From Acidobacteriota bacterium (GTDB lineage Bacteria > Acidobacteriota > Vicinamibacteria > Fen-336): 64,000 bases of DNA. The stretch lies in the NCBI GenBank assembly GCA_032127875.1, contig JAQBHI010000051.1, positions 7,674 to 71,673 of the forward strand, written 5' to 3'. Below the pieces are notes generated by a model. It saw only the letters and a list, made by a program, of their open reading frames with translations. It searched no databases and was not told where the DNA came from. Each line of letters starts with the position of its first letter. Positions within the stretch are counted from its first letter, which is position 1. This document shows positions 60,153 through 64,000 of the stretch, piece by piece. The position numbers were made by a program, and so were the translations under genes.

Positions 60153-62279
60153 CTAGAGCCTGAGTTCAAGGGCGAAGAACATGGCGCGCGTGGCTTGCGG
60201 GTAGTAGTAGGGGATGCCAGTGAGCGCGTCCGTACCGGACGCATCGCGGTTGAAGTACAGGTAGCTGTAGCCGGTCGGCCAGACGCGGTCGTTGTTCAGC
60301 AGGTTCGTGACCTCGACGCGTAGCCTGGGCCCACCGACCTTGATCCAGCGGCCCAGACGCAGTACGGCCGAGGCGTCGAGGACGAAGTGAGACGGCGTCG
60401 TGAACGCGTCGTCGCCCGTGTTGTCGAGGTGCGACTTCGACACGTAGCGGCCGCGCAGGCCCCCCGTGACTTCTGTTCGGGGCGTCCAGTCGAAGCCGAG
60501 GTTCGCCACGGCGCGCGGCGCGAGTAGCGGGTCCACGTCGCGATGCAGCCGGCTCACGCTGAGCGCGTAGCCGCCATCGGGGCCGTAAACGTCGTAGAAC
60601 TGCTGCCACTCGCCGATCGCGTTCGCGCTCAGGTTCGCTGTCCCCGAGACATGCAGCGAGCGGGCTGCTTCCCAGCGCAGGTCGAGCTCGCAGCCACGGC
60701 GATGGCTGCGAGCTACGTTGCGACGCAGCGGCAGGCCGATCTCCGACAGCTCGCCGCTCTGTGCGATCTCGTTGCGGAACTCCATCGCGTAGACGCCGGC
60801 CTTTAGCCTCACTGCCTTCCCCCGATAGTCGAGGCCGCCTTCGACGTCGACCACGCGCTCAGGCCTCACGGCCGACAGCTCGTAACGGAGCGACGCATTG
60901 TCCTCGCCAGCGAGCATGTCCGAGCGCGCCGGTTCGCGTGAGGCACGTCCAACCGAGGCGAACAGGCCCAGGCCCGGCCGTGCATCCCAGCGAAGGCCGA
61001 GCCGGGGATTGACGAACGTCCAGTCCACGGCGCCCAGCGCAATGTCGCCTTGGTAGCGGAAACGTGCGTGCCGCAGCTGGGCGTCGCCATACATGTGCAC
61101 GGTGCCGACGTCGTAGCTCGCCTTCGCAAAGCCCGCCAGCTCCGCCTTGTGGCCGCGGTTCGCGTACTCGCGCCCGCTGTCGACGAGGTCGCGCGCGTGG
61201 TCGCTGCCGAAGTCGCTCGCGTGCACGCCGCCGCTCGCCTTGAGGCGGCCCTGCTGGTGCGTGAACGTGACGAGACCGCCCAAGAGGCGCCAGTCCAGGT
61301 TGTATTGGTATAGAGCCGCGTGATCGGCGTCGGCCCAGATGCGGTAATCGCCGCCGGCGCTCGTGCGATAGCCCTGCACGCTGAGGCTCGAGGCCAAACC
61401 CAGGACGCGCGTCCACTGTGCCTGGACGAAGTCCTGCCCGAAGCGGTCGTTCTCTTCAGGCGCCATCGCGTTGAAGCGCAAGTCCCGCTCCAGCACGTCC
61501 CTTTCCGTGGCCAGGAACGCGAGCTGGGTCTGCTCGCGCCCCGCGAAGCCGAACAGCTTCAGGAAGGATCGTGCGCCCTGGTGCGAGCCGCCGAAGAACA
61601 GGCTGCGCTGACGCACGCCTGAGTGGTCGCGGAAGCCGTCGGTGTCCTTGTACGTGCCCCGCGCATAGACCGCCAGACCGGGGCCGAAGCGGCCGCTCTG
61701 GCCGCCCAGGCCGGCCCGCCGCGTGTCAAAGGAGCCGAGGCCCACTTCCGCGGCGGCCTGCGGCTTCTCCGCAAGGGCGATGCTTTCGAAGCTCACCGCG
61801 CCACCATAGGACGCGGTGCCCACCGGCGACGTGCCAACGCCGCGCTGGATCTCGATGCTCTCCAGCGAACTCGTGAAGTCACCGAAGTCGACGAAGTAGA
61901 GTGCCTGGTCCTCGGGCTCGTTGAGCGGGACCCCGTCCAGGGTCATGTTGATCCGCGTCTGCGGGATGCCGCGAATGTACAGATAGGAGTAGCCGGACGA
62001 GGTGCCGGTATCGGAGCTGAAGGTCACTCCTGGCGTTGCCTTCAAGAGCACCGGCATCTCCTGCCCGTAGTTGCGCTGCTCGAGCTCCTCGCGGCGAAGC
62101 TCGGTGCGGGTCACGGGTGTCTTCGCGTCCGCGCGGACCGCCCGCACGAGCACGTCCTCGCTGATCCGAAAGGGCGAGGGAGAGGGGCTCGGATCGGGAT
62201 CATCTTGTGCTCGCAAGGGCGGTGCTGACGTGGCAAGCACGATGAGCGTGATCAACGCTCTAGGCACGCTGCTCGACAT
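60153..62279 (-). CDS. TonB-dependent receptor, probable thiamine/TPP uptake
   Basis: Signal peptide, plug GYSYLYIRG..RINMTLDGVPLNEPED..SIEIQRGVG, beta-barrel, C-terminal PQATRAMFFALELRL. TPP riboswitch directly upstream. Confidence 0.92.
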   Translation of the reverse strand: MSSSVPRALITLIVLATSAPPLRAQDDPDPSPSPSPFRISEDVLVRAVRADAKTPVTRTELRREELEQRNYGQEMPVLLKATPGVTFSSDTGTSSGYSYLYIRGIPQTRINMTLDGVPLNEPEDQALYFVDFGDFTSSLESIEIQRGVGTSPVGTASYGGAVSFESIALAEKPQAAAEVGLGSFDTRRAGLGGQSGRFGPGLAVYARGTYKDTDGFRDHSGVRQRSLFFGGSHQGARSFLKLFGFAGREQTQLAFLATERDVLERDLRFNAMAPEENDRFGQDFVQAQWTRVLGLASSLSVQGYRTSAGGDYRIWADADHAALYQYNLDWRLLGGLVTFTHQQGRLKASGGVHASDFGSDHARDLVDSGREYANRGHKAELAGFAKASYDVGTVHMYGDAQLRHARFRYQGDIALGAVDWTFVNPRLGLRWDARPGLGLFASVGRASREPARSDMLAGEDNASLRYELSAVRPERVVDVEGGLDYRGKAVRLKAGVYAMEFRNEIAQSGELSEIGLPLRRNVARSHRRGCELDLRWEAARSLHVSGTANLSANAIGEWQQFYDVYGPDGGYALSVSRLHRDVDPLLAPRAVANLGFDWTPRTEVTGGLRGRYVSKSHLDNTGDDAFTTPSHFVLDASAVLRLGRWIKVGGPRLRVEVTNLLNNDRVWPTGYSYLYFNRDASGTDALTGIPYYYPQATRAMFFALELRL

Positions 62280-62335
62280 GATCGCCTCCTCGTCCCATTG
62301 ACGGCACGCTTGAAGCGGATCCTTCGGGGGTTTCG

Positions 62336-62416
62336 CTCGCCTTCCCTACGCCGGTATCAACCGGATCAGGTTCGAGGGTGTGATCTCAGGCCGTTCTTCG
62401 GCCACCCCTAGGCTCC
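62336..62416 (-). ncRNA. TPP (THI-box) riboswitch
   Basis: Minus strand CCTAGGGGTG-GCCGAAGAACGGC-CTGAGATCACACCCTCGAACCTGATCCGGTTGATACCGGCGTAGGGAAG contains the GGGG..CTGAGA..ACCC..AACCTGA..GG..ATACC.GCGTAGGGA consensus. Confidence 0.95.
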
Positions 62417-62426
62417 GACTCTCTCG

Positions 62427-62455
62427 AGTCTCACCTGATCGGGCCCGGCTGTCAA
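62427..62455 (-). promoter_or_regulatory. Sigma70-type promoter feeding the TPP riboswitch
   Basis: TTGACA (62455-62450), 17-nt spacer, GAGACT (62432-62427). Confidence 0.6.
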
Positions 62456-62508
62456 ACGACGCATCGCGCGCGACGTCGTCGAGACGCTGAGCCGACTCCG
62501 GGCAGTGG

Positions 62509-63567
62509 TCAAGGCCCCGCTGCCGCCTCGGCTGCGGGCACGAGGCCTTCCTGGCGCAGATAGTTCGCGAGCACCGAAGCCACGAGCCGTGTGGCATCCA
62601 CGTTCCAGTGCGCGTCCTTCCCAAAGTCCCAGTGCCGCTCCGGCTCCCTCCCGCGCGCTTGGCCGAGCATCCCCTCGAGCCCGAGGAAGCGAATCCCCTG
62701 CTCGCGCAGCAGCGGCCGCAGGCTCTGGAAGAGCGGCGTGTTCTCCCGGGCATGCGCCGTGTTCAGCGTGACGAAGGCCGCGCCGAGCGCTTGCGACTCG
62801 TCCCGGAAGGCCCGCTGGAAGGCGAGCATCAGGCGCACGGGGTCGTCGCTCGAGGGGTGTGGCACTTCGACCTGGAAGAGATCGAGAATCGCCTGCACCC
62901 CCGGGGCCGTCGATTCGCGGCTGCGCACCAGGTTCCACGCGTTCGAGTGCCGGCCGAGCCACAGCTTCACGCGCTGCGCGGGACTGAGCGGAGGAGCCTG
63001 GCCCAGGTCCGCGCCGAGGCGGCCGTCGGCTTCCAGCTTGAAGCGCGGCTTGTAGTACTGACGATAGACGAAGTCGAGCGTGTTGCCCTCGAAGTCGTTG
63101 TCGCACACCACCAGGATGACGACGTCGGGCGCGAGGCTCGGCGCCAGCTCGCGAAACAGCAGGTATTCCTGGTCGGTCGAGTAGCCCGCGACGCCCAGGT
63201 TCACGACCTCGTAGCGCTGAGTTCCGGTCGCGAGCATCCGCTCGAGCCGCGCCGAGAGCGTGTGCTGCTCGTCGACGCCGACGCCGAAGACGTACGAGTC
63301 GCCGAACACCAGAATACGCTTGACCCCGTCTGGCTTGCTTGCCGCGATCTCGGCGCCACGCAGGCCCAGGGAGTTGGTGCGCACCTCGGCCTGGTCAGGG
63401 CTTCCCAGCGGCGAGGCGCCCCGTGCTCCGGGCTTGTGGAACCAACCCTTGGTACGGTCGTAGCTCCAAAGGCCGCCGTGTTGCTGCTCGGGTCGCGTGA
63501 TGCCCGGGAAGTGGATGCCCAGGAGCCGTGTTCCCGCCTCGAGTAGCAGGACCAGGCCGGCGCACAC
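62509..63567 (-). CDS. Membrane-anchored SGNH/GDSL hydrolase-family protein
   Basis: N-terminal TM, TNSLGLRG, ILVFGDSYVFG, VVNLGVAGYSTDQE, CDND, DAHWN. Confidence 0.88.
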   Translation of the reverse strand: MCAGLVLLLEAGTRLLGIHFPGITRPEQQHGGLWSYDRTKGWFHKPGARGASPLGSPDQAEVRTNSLGLRGAEIAASKPDGVKRILVFGDSYVFGVGVDEQHTLSARLERMLATGTQRYEVVNLGVAGYSTDQEYLLFRELAPSLAPDVVILVVCDNDFEGNTLDFVYRQYYKPRFKLEADGRLGADLGQAPPLSPAQRVKLWLGRHSNAWNLVRSRESTAPGVQAILDLFQVEVPHPSSDDPVRLMLAFQRAFRDESQALGAAFVTLNTAHARENTPLFQSLRPLLREQGIRFLGLEGMLGQARGREPERHWDFGKDAHWNVDATRLVASVLANYLRQEGLVPAAEAAAGP

Positions 63568-63600
63568 GACGAGCTGAACAGCGATGGTCTTTCGCGAGGC

Positions 63601-64000
<400 letters not shown>

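Noticed and set aside
31074-60156. Convergent gene pairs sharing CTAG stop overlaps (31074-31077, 42822-42825, 60153-60156)
   Set aside because: A common consequence of compact genomes using TAG; no evidence of a specific mechanism.

Overview
High-GC bacterial chromosome segment. Gene order and protein style suggest Acidobacteriota (Vicinamibacteria-like); this is an inference. A conserved minus-strand backbone runs tRNA-Leu(TAG) > tig > clpP > clpX > lon > engB > rho > rpmE > prfA > prmC ... murA > mutY > DUF1499 > HIT > Ser/Thr kinase. It is interrupted by a ydcSTUV-like polyamine ABC transporter plus a membrane spermidine-synthase-like gene, by a FAD oxidoreductase, and by a 4 x 78-bp REP-like palindrome array. 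Beyond the tRNA lies an accessory mosaic. It contains a copper amine oxidase remnant, M61 peptidase-pheA-secreted PepP, and a SRAP/TfoX/DUF488/SDH-Clp protease string. It also has a two-gene glucose-family PTS (EIIA-HPr-EI plus EIICB with a duplicated EIIB), a truncated GH1 beta-glucosidase, and a surface-glycan locus (extended GT9, Wzm/Wzt, GT4, methyltransferase) preceded by a CRP-like site at -41.5. The rest comprises a PHP-CBM protein, glpK-glpD-patatin/BamA (PlpD-like), glycerate kinase, hbd-ackA-pta, IorAB-like molybdoenzyme plus diheme cytochrome c, a decayed nucleotidyltransferase, a TPP-riboswitch-controlled TonB receptor, an SGNH hydrolase and a partial thiolase. Strongest leads: (1) the REP-like family with compensatory changes, whose array forms an ORF abutting both rpmE and prfA; (2) the CRP-linked glycan export locus inserted into a glucoside gene next to the PTS; (3) the EIICBB PTS; (4) the glp-PlpD operon. 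No integrase, transposase, cas gene or rRNA was seen. All family assignments come from motif recognition by eye; no searches were run.
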